From positions 1,216,001-1,280,000 of the forward strand of contig OY781092.1 of assembly GCA_963676615.1 (NCBI GenBank): a stretch of 64,000 nt of DNA, written 5' to 3'. Of this stretch, positions 1 to 8,909 are shown piece by piece. The notes below the pieces were generated by a model that saw only the letters and a list, made by a program, of their open reading frames with translations, was not told where the DNA came from and searched no databases. Source of the stretch: Candidatus Cloacimonadota bacterium (lineage in GTDB: Bacteria; Cloacimonadota; Cloacimonadia; G963667145). Each line of letters starts with the position of its first letter. Position 1 is the stretch's first letter. The translations under genes were made by a program, and so were the position numbers.

Positions 1-3000
1 CGCCAGCTCAATTTCGGTGTTTTTCGTCAGCGCAAATTTGCTCTTGTCTATCGTTTTCAAAAAAAGGCTCACTGTGCTACCATCGACGGCTATCGCTTCA
101 AATTCTGCGTTCAAATCGAAAAGCGAGTTGGTTTGCGAGAGGAGCAAATCCACATTTTTCGCCGTAAAAACGCTGGAAAAAATCTCCATATCTCCGCTAG
201 TTGAGCGAAATTCGCCCCTTGTCACCTGCCACTGGTCGTCTTTTTCGTAGCGGAAATCCAAAAAGCTGCCGCGGCTCACCAGCAGATTCATCGGATAAGT
301 TTTGTAGTAAACATTGTCCTCGAAAAGCAGTTGCATCTCAATAAAAAACGGCAGCTTCACCGCTTTTTCTGGCTGCGAAATAGTGGCAGTTTCCGAGATC
401 AAATTTAGCAAATTTCGAGACTTTTTGGGGAACATCGCCTGCGCATCAGAAATACAAAACTGGACGCTGATGAGCATATTGTCCGCAGGTCCCTGCACAA
501 AAGCTTTTTCGCCGTCTTGCAGTCCCTTGACTCTCACCTTCCCGACAGCGTTATCGTCCATATAATCGGGATAGTTAAAGCTGACTTTGCCGCCGCTAGT
601 CCAAAAATAGATTTTGCCCAAATTCAAATTTCCCAAGACCAAATTTTTGTCTGACTCGGCAAAATCGTTGCTAAAATTCAGCTTGCCCTCGCCAATGCGA
701 GCTTGAAATTTCTGAACGAAGAGCGTGTCGTTGGAAATGCGCAAATCCATCTGAATATCTTCGGCGTCCTCTGGCTGGCTGGCGATCTCCATCTGCCCAT
801 TTTTCAGGACAAACGCGCCCTCCTTGATACTCAAACCCTTGTCGGTCATCCCCAAATTCAGCGCCAGACGAGAGCTAGACTCTGGGCTTTTGATAAACGG
901 CAAAAGCTGCGACAGATAGCGCAAAAAATCGCCTTGATAATACAGCTGGAGCTTTTTATCGGACGGAAAAAAAGATCCGCTGAGCAGATTATAGCCCAGC
1001 TCGCCTTTAATTGCAAGGCTCTCGTCGCTTTCCTCGTCGAAAAAATTAAACTGCGGCACGACCAAACTCTCTTTGTTCTGATAAAAATCCAAAAGCACCT
1101 TGGAAAATCGCAAATCCCGATAGCCAAAATCTCGGCACGCCAGTTTGCCCCGCAATGTCGGACTCGCCTGCGAATAATCAAGGCTCAGATCTCCATTCAC
1201 AACGCCAAACCAATCCCGCTGGCTCTCCGCCTGTAACTTATTCAAATCCAGACTGTTAACAACAATATTGCCCTTCACAGACAAAGCAGAATCGGACAAA
1301 ATCTTGCCCTTAGCAAAAATTACCGTGTCTTCTCCGCAAATAAGCTCCGCCTCCTTTACCTGCAAAGAGTCTAGACTCCCTTGCAAGCCAAAATTCGCAT
1401 CGACGCCCTGCCACCTGCCATAGCTCACATTTTTCGCCTTCGCCCGCAAATCAAGCTCGCCACTGCCTGCCACCTGAAGACTCAGGCTCAATTTTCCGTT
1501 CAAATTTTGCGAAAAAAGCTCCTGCGGAAAATATTTTTGCCACCGAGCCAGCGACAAAGACTCCGCCACCAAAAATCCGCTGCAGCGATACCTCTTTTGC
1601 TTGGTCAACAAAAACTTCCCTCGCAACTTTTCGTTCAGCACCAAATCGTCCACCATCAAGCTGTCAAAGCTGCCCTGCGCGTGCAAATCGAGCTCAAAAA
1701 GATTGTAGTTAAAAGTCGCCTTGTAACTCCGCAGCCGCATATCCAGCTGCCCTTGCTCAAAATCGTAGAGAAACTGACTGCCAAAAGAGCCGCTGACCAG
1801 TCCGTAGTAGGAATCTTCCAAAAAAATGTCGATTTTGGAATGCAAAACTTTTTTGCGCAAAAAGCCCGCAGAAGACACCCTGCAAAGCGGCAGATAGCGG
1901 TTTTTGTGCTTCAAAAGCAGATTTGGATCGAACTCTTGCGACCTAAAATTCACCGCACAACTATCGGCAAAAATGTTGCCCGAAAAATCGAAATTCGCAA
2001 GGCTATCTCGCAGCTGCAACGACGCCGAAAAATCGCTGCCGAGCAAATGGCCCTGCAGCGTTGCCGAATCGATGACGAAATTTTTGCTACTCGCCTGCAA
2101 TTTTTCCCCAAAAAAATCTGCCTGAAATCCCACAGATTTGTCCCACGAAGCCAAAAATTTGAGAGAACTTTGCAAGCGAAAATCTTTTTCCTGCACCACG
2201 AACGACTCGTCGGCAAGCGAAAACGAAAAGCTTTTGTAATCGGTCACAAAGTCGCCGCTGAGCTTGTTTCCCAGCCAAAAAGCGCGCTGAATTTCCCAAG
2301 AAATCTCATCATTTTGGCGACTCCGCTTCGCATAAATGTCGTCTATTTGCAATTGATTGCCCAGCCTCACATTTGCAAACAGCTGCATATCCGTCTGCAA
2401 AGCGTTCTGCAGACTGCAGTTAACTCGCACAGGCGTCCCCATTATGCCCGCTTTTTCAACGCTGATTTTGAGTAGGGAATCGTCACCAAAAACTTTTGCT
2501 TGCAAGATTTTTGCCTGCAGCTTTCCGCTTTTGACAAATGCGTTTTTCAGCTCCAAGTCTGTCTGCAAAGTTTGCTGCGATCCGTATGCGTAGCCATTCA
2601 AAAAAAAGCCCAAAGAGTCCACATCAGCAAGCTTGAGCCCAGGCAAAGCGAAGCTATCGATCTGCACCCGATAAGAGTCTAACACGCCGCCAACAAAGGC
2701 GATATCGCCTTCCAACTTGCGACTTTCCGACGCCACATAAAAAGAAGCGACCATCCGATTTTCCGCCTCCTGCGCATAGCTGCACGAAAAAAGCTCGATC
2801 TCGTCCTGCAAGGCAAATCCCTTGCTTTTTATGTCAAAATCAAGAGATCCTTCCACCACTGCAAAATCTGGAAACAGAGCCACAAGCTTGTCCAGCCCGC
2901 TTTTACCTGCTCTTTTGCCGAAATCGCCAACATCCATTTTCGCCGTTAGACTCGGCTTATAGACCATAATTTTGCTGATCGCTTTTCTGGGCAAAAAGTT

Positions 3001-3279
3001 CAAAAACGGCAAAAAAAACAGATTGTAGTCGATCGTAACGCTCTCAATTTTCAGCGAATAATCGTCGTTTTGGCTAGTCAGCCCAAAAATCGTCAGCCGT
3101 TTGTCGTTAAAATCGAGCTTCTGGATACTCACCCGAGAGTTTGTGCGGGAAGCAAAAGACGCCTCCAGCCTGTCTCGCAAAAAATTGTCCAAGCCGATTA
3201 CCTTGAAAACGAAATAGTAACCGCCGTTTACGACGAGCAAAATTGCGATTATAATGAAGAGCCATTTTCTCGCTTTCAT
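1..3279 (-). CDS. Large TamB/AsmA-like envelope protein (at least 1093 aa), truncated by the left window edge; absent from the ORF track because no stop lies in the window
   Basis: ATG at 3279 overlaps the lolD stop (ATGA). N-terminus MKARKWLFIIIAILLVVNGGYYFVF is a single TM anchor, and the same frame is open at the window edge (…FDLNAEFEAIAVDGSTVSLF…). I spot-checked the frame rather than translating it fully. The + strand ORFs at 703 and 1381 are in-register antisense shadows. Confidence 0.7.
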   Translation of the reverse strand, partial: MKARKWLFIIIAILLVVNGGYYFVFKVIGLDNFLRDRLEASFASRTNSRVSIQKLDFNDKRLTIFGLTSQNDDYSLKIESVTIDYNLFFLPFLNFLPRKAISKIMVYKPSLTAKMDVGDFGKRAGKSGLDKLVALFPDFAVVEGSLDFDIKSKGFALQDEIELFSCSYAQEAENRMVASFYVASESRKLEGDIAFVGGVLDSYRVQIDSFALPGLKLADVDSLGFFLNGYAYGSQQTLQTDLELKNAFVKSGKLQAKILQAKVFGDDSLLKISVEKAGIMGTPVRVNCSLQNALQTDMQLFANVRLGNQLQIDDIYAKRSRQNDEISWEIQRAFWLGNKLSGDFVTDYKSFSFSLADESFVVQEKDFRLQSSLKFLASWDKSVGFQADFFGEKLQASSKNFVIDSATLQGHLLGSDFSASLQLRDSLANFDFSGNIFADSCAVNFRSQEFDPNLLLKHKNRYLPLCRVSSAGFLRKKVLHSKIDIFLEDSYYGLVSGSFGSQFLYDFEQGQLDMRLRSYKATFNYNLFELDLHAQGSFDSLMVDDLVLNEKLRGKFLLTKQKRYRCSGFLVAESLSLARWQKYFPQELFSQNLNGKLSLSLQVAGSGELDLRAKAKNVSYGRWQGVDANFGLQGSLDSLQVKEAELICGEDTVIFAKGKILSDSALSVKGNIVVNSLDLNKLQAESQRDWFGVVNGDLSLDYSQASPTLRGKLACRDFGYRDLRFSKVLLDFYQNKESLVVPQFNFFDEESDESLAIKGELGYNLLSGSFFPSDKKLQLYYQGDFLRYLSQLLPFIKSPESSSRLALNLGMTDKGLSIKEGAFVLKNGQMEIASQPEDAEDIQMDLRISNDTLFVQKFQARIGEGKLNFSNDFAESDKNLVLGNLNLGKIYFWTSGGKVSFNYPDYMDDNAVGKVRVKGLQDGEKAFVQGPADNMLISVQFCISDAQAMFPKKSRNLLNLISETATISQPEKAVKLPFFIEMQLLFEDNVYYKTYPMNLLVSRGSFLDFRYEKDDQWQVTRGEFRSTSGDMEIFSSVFTAKNVDLLLSQTNSLFDLNAEFEAIAVDGSTVSLFLKTIDKSKFALTKNTEIELA

Positions 3280-3938
3280 CGTTGCAGATTAAGTGCTCCG
3301 CCGCTTAAAATATAGTGTTTGTCCATTTTGCTGGTAAGCTCCAGATTGTGCGTAACAATCACGAAAGCCTGCTCAAATCGCTGATTTAGCTCCAAAAAAA
3401 TCCTGATGAGGTTGTCCTTGTTTTTGTGATCGAGGCTGCCCGATGGTTCGTCCGCCAAAATCAGCTTTGGGCGGTTAATAATCGCTCTGCCGACTGCCAC
3501 CCGCTGCGCTTGACCGCCAGAAAGTTTGCTCGGCAAGGCGTCCGCTTTTGCCTCAAGACCCAGCACCCGCAAAATCTCCAGCGCCTCTTTTTTGCTTTGC
3601 GTCATATTTTTCGTCTTGATAAACATCGGCATCGCCACATTTTCCAGCACCGTAAACTCCTGCAAAAGATAGTGCGACTGAAAAACGAACCCCAAAAACT
3701 CGTTGCGAAGGCGATTCATATCGCGCACAGGCTCGCCACCGTAGAGAACTTGCCCGCTATCGGGGCTGTCTAAACTTCCCAAAATATGCAGCAAAGTGGA
3801 CTTCCCGCAGCCAGATTCTCCCGTGATGATATTGGTTTGCCCTTTTTGCACGACAAAGTTTAGCCCGCTTAAAACCTGCAGGCGCGAGTTGCCGTCTTCG
3901 TATGATTTAAAAATATTTTCCGCTCGTAAAATTTCCAT
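3276..3938 (-). CDS. lolD: Lipoprotein-releasing ABC transporter ATP-binding protein (LolD family)
   Basis: Walker A GESGCGKST, GFVFQSHYLL, LSGGQAQRVA, ILADEPSGSLD. Start moved to MEILRAEN. Confidence 0.85.
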   Translation of the reverse strand: MEILRAENIFKSYEDGNSRLQVLSGLNFVVQKGQTNIITGESGCGKSTLLHILGSLDSPDSGQVLYGGEPVRDMNRLRNEFLGFVFQSHYLLQEFTVLENVAMPMFIKTKNMTQSKKEALEILRVLGLEAKADALPSKLSGGQAQRVAVGRAIINRPKLILADEPSGSLDHKNKDNLIRIFLELNQRFEQAFVIVTHNLELTSKMDKHYILSGGALNLQR

Positions 3939-3939
3939 A

Positions 3940-4731
3940 TTACACATCCAGTAACTGCGTCGATTTTTCTTGACTTGCCAAAAAAACCGTCGCTTGATTT
4001 CCAAAGATTTTCAGCACATTGCTAGATTTCTGAAGCGCTAGCTCTGGCGTGTTATTTTCCGCCGAAAGATGCGCCAACACAACGCTCTTTAGCCCAGGAT
4101 GCACCACTTTGGAAAGCACACCCGCCGCCTGCGCGTTGGACAAATGCCCAACCCTGCTTTTTATCCGCTGCACAAGCTCCCACGGATAGTTGCTCGAGGT
4201 CAGCAAAATATTTTCGTCGTGATTGGACTCCAAAATCAAAGTCGAACACTCCCGAAGTTTTGTCGTCAGCAGATTGGAAATATAGCCGTTATCGGTGGCA
4301 AGACCCAGCTTCCGCTTCTGCGCATCGTTCTTTTTGGCAAACACAAAATTGCACGGATCCACGGCGTCGTGACTGCTGGCAAACGGATCAATCGTCAAAT
4401 CTCCGACCTCAAAAGTTTCGCCCGAAACAAACTTTTTTGCGCCAACGGGCAATTTGCCGAGCTTGTGCTTGCAACTTTGATAAGTTTTTTCGGTTAAATA
4501 GACAGGAATTTTCAACTTTCGAGCCACAATTCCCACTGCCGAAATATGATCGTTATGCTCGTGCGAGACCACAATCGCCCGCATTTTGTCCGCCGCCAGC
4601 GAAAGCTCCTGCAAGCTTTGCAAAAATCTTTTTCCGCTAAGACCGACATCCACCACGATTTGGGTCGAATCGGTTCGCACAAGGCAAGCGTTGCCCCTGC
4701 TGCCAGAGTAGAGAACAGCGACCTGAAACAT
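3940..4731 (-). CDS. Metallo-beta-lactamase-fold hydrolase (YycJ/WalJ/PhnP-like nuclease)
   Basis: SGSRGNA, HEHNDH metal motif, SHDA, ESNHD, GHLSN, HLSAENN. Confidence 0.85.
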   Translation of the reverse strand: MFQVAVLYSGSRGNACLVRTDSTQIVVDVGLSGKRFLQSLQELSLAADKMRAIVVSHEHNDHISAVGIVARKLKIPVYLTEKTYQSCKHKLGKLPVGAKKFVSGETFEVGDLTIDPFASSHDAVDPCNFVFAKKNDAQKRKLGLATDNGYISNLLTTKLRECSTLILESNHDENILLTSSNYPWELVQRIKSRVGHLSNAQAAGVLSKVVHPGLKSVVLAHLSAENNTPELALQKSSNVLKIFGNQATVFLASQEKSTQLLDV

Positions 4732-4743
4732 TTTTTGCCCGAT

Positions 4744-5691
4744 TTAGCCGATAAAAAAGTAGCGATTGTGAATGGCGTTATACTCCGTCCAGCGCGCGTT
4801 GTTTTGTTGCACAGCCGACATAAGTTGCGATATTCCAGCGGCTTGCGCATCCATATTGTCCGCAAAATGCAGCACCATCGCCTCCAGCGTCTGCGGCAGA
4901 CGAGCCGCACCTTTTTCCATCTCGCCGTGATGCGACAAAATCAGATGCCGAAGTTTCATCAAAATTTGTGAGTCAAAATCGGCAATTTCTTTGGCTTTTT
5001 GCACCAAAAAATCGTCGCCGATGCACAAATGCCCGACCAGTCTGCCCTCGTCGGTAAAATCGATTACCGAGCTGACTTCGTATTCAAAAACTTTGCCAAT
5101 ATCGTGCAAAATCGCCCCAGCGATCAAAATGTCGCGATTTACCGGATAAAGCTCCACGACAAATCCGCAAATTTTGGTGACGCTGACAGTGTGCTCCAGC
5201 AAGCCGCCGATATAATTGTGATGCCAGTTTTTCGCCGCAGGGCACTTCTTGAATTTCGCCAAAAAATCTTGGTCGTCAAAAATATTGCTAAGTAGCTGCT
5301 TTATCTGTGAGTTATCGATGCTGCCGACAAACTCAAGCAACTCCTGCATCAGGCTGTTCAAATTTTTGTCCGTCGAGCGCATATAATCTTGCAAATCGTA
5401 TTCTTCGTCGCCCATTTTTCGCAATTTGTTCACCGTAAACTGAATCTGGTCGCGGAACTCAGCCACGACGCCTTTGACTTTGACCACATCGCCTTTTTCA
5501 AACAACTTTTCCAAAGCTGGCGCGTTGTTCCAGACATTCGCCACGACATCGCCCGTTTTGTCCACCAGCCGCATCCGCAAATACATCCCGCGTTTGCCCT
5601 CTCGAAGGCTCTTTTCGCTGACCAAAAAAGTCGAAACCACATCCGCTTGTCCCAAATGCGAATGCAAATCGTTCACCCAAATTTTATCCAT
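4744..5691 (-). CDS. yhaM: 3'-5' exoribonuclease YhaM/Cbf1 family (OB fold + HD domain)
   Basis: N-terminal OB fold (LVDKTGDV..VW), PAAKNWHH..GGLLEH, LHDIGK, ILSHHG. Confidence 0.85.
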   Translation of the reverse strand: MDKIWVNDLHSHLGQADVVSTFLVSEKSLREGKRGMYLRMRLVDKTGDVVANVWNNAPALEKLFEKGDVVKVKGVVAEFRDQIQFTVNKLRKMGDEEYDLQDYMRSTDKNLNSLMQELLEFVGSIDNSQIKQLLSNIFDDQDFLAKFKKCPAAKNWHHNYIGGLLEHTVSVTKICGFVVELYPVNRDILIAGAILHDIGKVFEYEVSSVIDFTDEGRLVGHLCIGDDFLVQKAKEIADFDSQILMKLRHLILSHHGEMEKGAARLPQTLEAMVLHFADNMDAQAAGISQLMSAVQQNNARWTEYNAIHNRYFFIG

Positions 5692-5845
5692 ATCTAAAAA
5701 TCCTTTAAAATTAAATAACTCAACAATCTACCAAGAACTGGAACTTTCCAGCAAGTCAAACATAATTTGAAAATTTCTCGGCTCGTTTTTTTTAGGCAAT
5801 TTTCGCTTCTCCTTAATGAAGCAAAATCTTTTCTTCAACAAAATA

Positions 5846-5874
5846 TTGACAACTAAATTAGGAGTTGCTACAGA
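5846..5874 (+). promoter_or_regulatory. Putative sigma70 promoter of the TRAP operon with an inverted repeat in the spacer
   Basis: TTGACA (5846-5851), 17 nt, TACAGA; CAACT…AGTTG inverted repeat at 5850-5867. Confidence 0.45.
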
Positions 5875-5913
5875 TGGATAAGATGATGTTTAATATTCGT
5901 TTGAGGAGGTAAT

Positions 5914-6936
5914 ATGAACAGAATCAAAAAAATGGTGGTAGCGATTTTGCTGCTTGCGTCTTTTTCGGGGCTGATGGCGAAAACCTACCAAATGAAATTC
6001 GCTTTCCAATTCAAAAACGACATCTACGAGGCGAACGAAGCAACTTTTGCCAATGTTTTCAAATCTTATGTGGAGTCGATGTCCAACGGGCAAATCAAGG
6101 TGAAGCTGTTCCCTGGCGGCGTTTTGGGCAAAGAGCGAGAGAACTTTGTCAATGTAAAAAACAATGTAATCCAAGCAACGCTCTCGTCTGTGGGCGGCAT
6201 CGCGCAGTTCTACGAGCCGATTACCGTGGTTGACATTCCGTTTGCGTTCCCCAACAATGTTGTGGCTTGGGATGTTTACGACGGCTGGTTCGGCAAAAAA
6301 CTTCGCGCGGATATCTTCAAAAAAACTGGCGTTCGCTGCTTTGCCACAACCGAAACTGGCGGATTTTTCGCTTTTACCAACAGCAAAAAAGAGGTGAAAT
6401 CTCCCAAAGATATGAAGGGACTTAAATTCAGAACGATGGAGAACGCAGGTCACATCAAAATGGTCTCACTGCTGGGAGCCTCGGCTGTGCCTATCGCTTG
6501 GCTGGAGCTTTACACATCGCTGCAAACTGGCGTAATCGACGGGCAAATGAACCCGCTACCAACGATGCTCAACGCCAAACTCGAAGAAGTGCAAAAGTTT
6601 GTCACGCTCACCAACCACCTCTACGGCACCGACTGGTTTATGGTTAACAACTCTTGGTATAATTCGCTTCCGAAAAATCTGCAAAAAATTGTTCGTGACG
6701 GAGCGCAAGTGGCAAATATCGCCGACAGAGGCGCACAACGGATTTTGGACGCTTTGGCTGTGGAAGGTTTGCAAAAAAAGGGCTTGAAAATTTACAAGCC
6801 GACCGACAAAGAGGTCGCTCAGTTTAGAGATATGGTGCAAGACGAATACATCAAATGGCTCGAAGGCGAGAACCCTGCCAACAAAAAATGGATTAAAGAT
6901 TTCCAAAAGGCGATCAAAGAAGCCGAAAAAAATTAA
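5914..6936 (+). CDS. dctP: TRAP transporter substrate-binding protein (DctP family)
   Basis: Signal peptide, GAGGAGG RBS, DMKGLKFRTM, ELYTSLQTGVIDGQMNP. Confidence 0.9.
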   Translation: MNRIKKMVVAILLLASFSGLMAKTYQMKFAFQFKNDIYEANEATFANVFKSYVESMSNGQIKVKLFPGGVLGKERENFVNVKNNVIQATLSSVGGIAQFYEPITVVDIPFAFPNNVVAWDVYDGWFGKKLRADIFKKTGVRCFATTETGGFFAFTNSKKEVKSPKDMKGLKFRTMENAGHIKMVSLLGASAVPIAWLELYTSLQTGVIDGQMNPLPTMLNAKLEEVQKFVTLTNHLYGTDWFMVNNSWYNSLPKNLQKIVRDGAQVANIADRGAQRILDALAVEGLQKKGLKIYKPTDKEVAQFRDMVQDEYIKWLEGENPANKKWIKDFQKAIKEAEKN

Positions 6937-7044
6937 AGAAAAGCATAAGGTCAGGCTCTTGTTTTAATTCCTTTTGTTTCAAGGGTTTGACCTTTGTTTC
7001 GTTTGACAGGGAATCGTCCCAATTCAAGGAGTAAAACCCCAATT

Positions 7045-7521
7045 ATGTTAAATAATTTAAAAACCATAGGCGCCGACATCGACAAAGCCGTCGGGTATAT
7101 TTGCATTTTTTTTGCCGCAACGATGACGCTCAGCACACTCGCTGGCATCTTCCTTCGCTATTTGATGTCCGAGCCGCTAAACTGGACAGAAGAGTATGCC
7201 CGCTATGCGATGATTTGGATGGGACTTTTGGCGATTAGTATGGGCGTAAAGCGAAAAAGCCACCTCGGCGTGAACTTTTTTTACGACCTCTTTCCCAAAA
7301 AATTGCAAACTTTCCTAAGCTTCCTCATCAATTTCCTGATCATCTTCTTTTTCGTGATAATGGTTATCTTCGGCTATCGGATGGCAATCGACGGCTACTA
7401 TCAGATTTCGCCCGCGCTAAAGATGCGGATGTTTTATGTTCTGATAGTCGTGCCGATTACATCCCTAATCAGCATCTACCACATTTGCGTGCAGGTGCTG
7501 TCCGACATTTTTGACAAATAA
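7045..7521 (+). CDS. dctQ: TRAP transporter small permease (DctQ)
   Basis: Four TM segments, WTEEYARY..IW motif; start placed after AAGGAG. Confidence 0.85.
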   Translation: MLNNLKTIGADIDKAVGYICIFFAATMTLSTLAGIFLRYLMSEPLNWTEEYARYAMIWMGLLAISMGVKRKSHLGVNFFYDLFPKKLQTFLSFLINFLIIFFFVIMVIFGYRMAIDGYYQISPALKMRMFYVLIVVPITSLISIYHICVQVLSDIFDK

Positions 7522-7532
7522 GGAGAAAAAAA

Positions 7533-8819
7533 ATGCCTTTATTTATAGCTATTGTCTTCGCCGTTTTGCTCATCGTTAGCGTGCCAATCGGCTTCACGCT
7601 GGGTCTGACATCTTTATTTGCCATCTTCAAGTCCGATATGCTGGTCTTGCTCAACATCGTCCCGCAGCGATTTTTTGCGGGCGTGGATATGTTCCCCATA
7701 ATGGCGATGCCGTTTTTTATGATCGCAGGCGACCTTATGAATCGCTGCAAAATCACCGATAGCCTCATCGAATTTTCCAACTCGCTGGTCGGTCACATCC
7801 GAGGAGGGCTTGCGCACTCCAACATCGTTGCCAGCATCTTTTTCGCAGGAATCACTGGCGCCGCCGTGGCAGACTCCGCCGCACTTGGCTCGGTGCTCAT
7901 TCCCGCAATGAAAAAAGACGGCTACGACGAAGATTTTTCTGCGGCTATCACCGCTGCCTCGTCGATAATCGGACCAATCATTCCGCCGAGCACAATTATG
8001 GTCATCTACGGCTCGATAATGGGCGTGTCCATCGCAGGGCTGTTCGCCGCTGGCGTTTTGCCGGGCGTTCTCATCGGAATTTTGCTGATGATAATGGTCT
8101 ATTTCATCGCCAAAAAACGAAACTACCCCAAAATGGAAAGTCGCCCCAGCGTTGCATATGTCTGGAAAGTTTTCAAAAAAAGCATCCTCGCGCTAATTTT
8201 GCCCGTGATAATCTTGGGCGGAATCCTTTCGGGATACTTCACGCCGACAGAAGCCGCCGCTGTTTCCGTCCTCTACGCATTTATCATCGGATTTTTTGTC
8301 ACCAAAACCCTGAAAGTCTCGGACTTGCCAGATATTTTGCTCAGTTGCGCCAAAAACACCGGCATCATTTTCCTGCTGATGTCCGCCGCTTCTATCCTTA
8401 GCTTCTTCCTCGCCAGCGAAGGCATCCCCGAGATGATCGCCGATGTTATGCTCTCGATTTCGCACAGCAAATACATCATCTTGTTTTTGATTTGCGTCTT
8501 GCTGCTGATAATCGGGATGTTTATGGACATCACCGCTGCGTTGCTGATTTTGGCGCCAATCCTCGCTCCGCTTGCCATTCAACTGGGCGTGCACCCCTTG
8601 CATTTCGCCATCGTGATGGTCGTTGCGCTAAACATTGGCCTTATGACACCGCCGCTGGGAGCGTGCCTTTTCGTTGTCTGCGGAGTGACTGGGTTGCCTC
8701 TGGAAAAAGTCGCCAAAGAGATTGTGCCTTTCATTTTTGCCGAAGTCATCGCGCTGTTTATCGTCGCTTTTTGGCCGCCGCTGTCGATGGCAATTCCCAA
8801 ATTTTTTGGGTTCGTTTAA
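7533..8819 (+). CDS. dctM: TRAP transporter large permease (DctM)
   Basis: AMPFFMIAG, FFAGITGAAVAD, GPIIPPS, FTPTEAA, GLMTPPLG. Confidence 0.92.
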   Translation: MPLFIAIVFAVLLIVSVPIGFTLGLTSLFAIFKSDMLVLLNIVPQRFFAGVDMFPIMAMPFFMIAGDLMNRCKITDSLIEFSNSLVGHIRGGLAHSNIVASIFFAGITGAAVADSAALGSVLIPAMKKDGYDEDFSAAITAASSIIGPIIPPSTIMVIYGSIMGVSIAGLFAAGVLPGVLIGILLMIMVYFIAKKRNYPKMESRPSVAYVWKVFKKSILALILPVIILGGILSGYFTPTEAAAVSVLYAFIIGFFVTKTLKVSDLPDILLSCAKNTGIIFLLMSAASILSFFLASEGIPEMIADVMLSISHSKYIILFLICVLLLIIGMFMDITAALLILAPILAPLAIQLGVHPLHFAIVMVVALNIGLMTPPLGACLFVVCGVTGLPLEKVAKEIVPFIFAEVIALFIVAFWPPLSMAIPKFFGFV

Positions 8820-8843
8820 CGAATTTTAGCTTGCTAAAAAATT

Positions 8844-8877
8844 AAGTGGTGGACAAAAAAGTTCGCCACTTTTTTTT
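8844..8877 (+). terminator. Intrinsic terminator after dctM
   Basis: AAGTGGTGGAC-loop-GTTCGCCACTT hairpin followed by a T run. Confidence 0.7.
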
Positions 8878-8909
8878 ACGATAAAATCCATAAATCAACG
8901 AGGAGAAAA

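Noticed and set aside
703..2475. + strand ORFs of 177 and 364 aa suggesting genes in the first 3 kb
   Set aside because: Shadows of the minus-strand TamB-like gene, which the ORF track omits because it runs off the edge.
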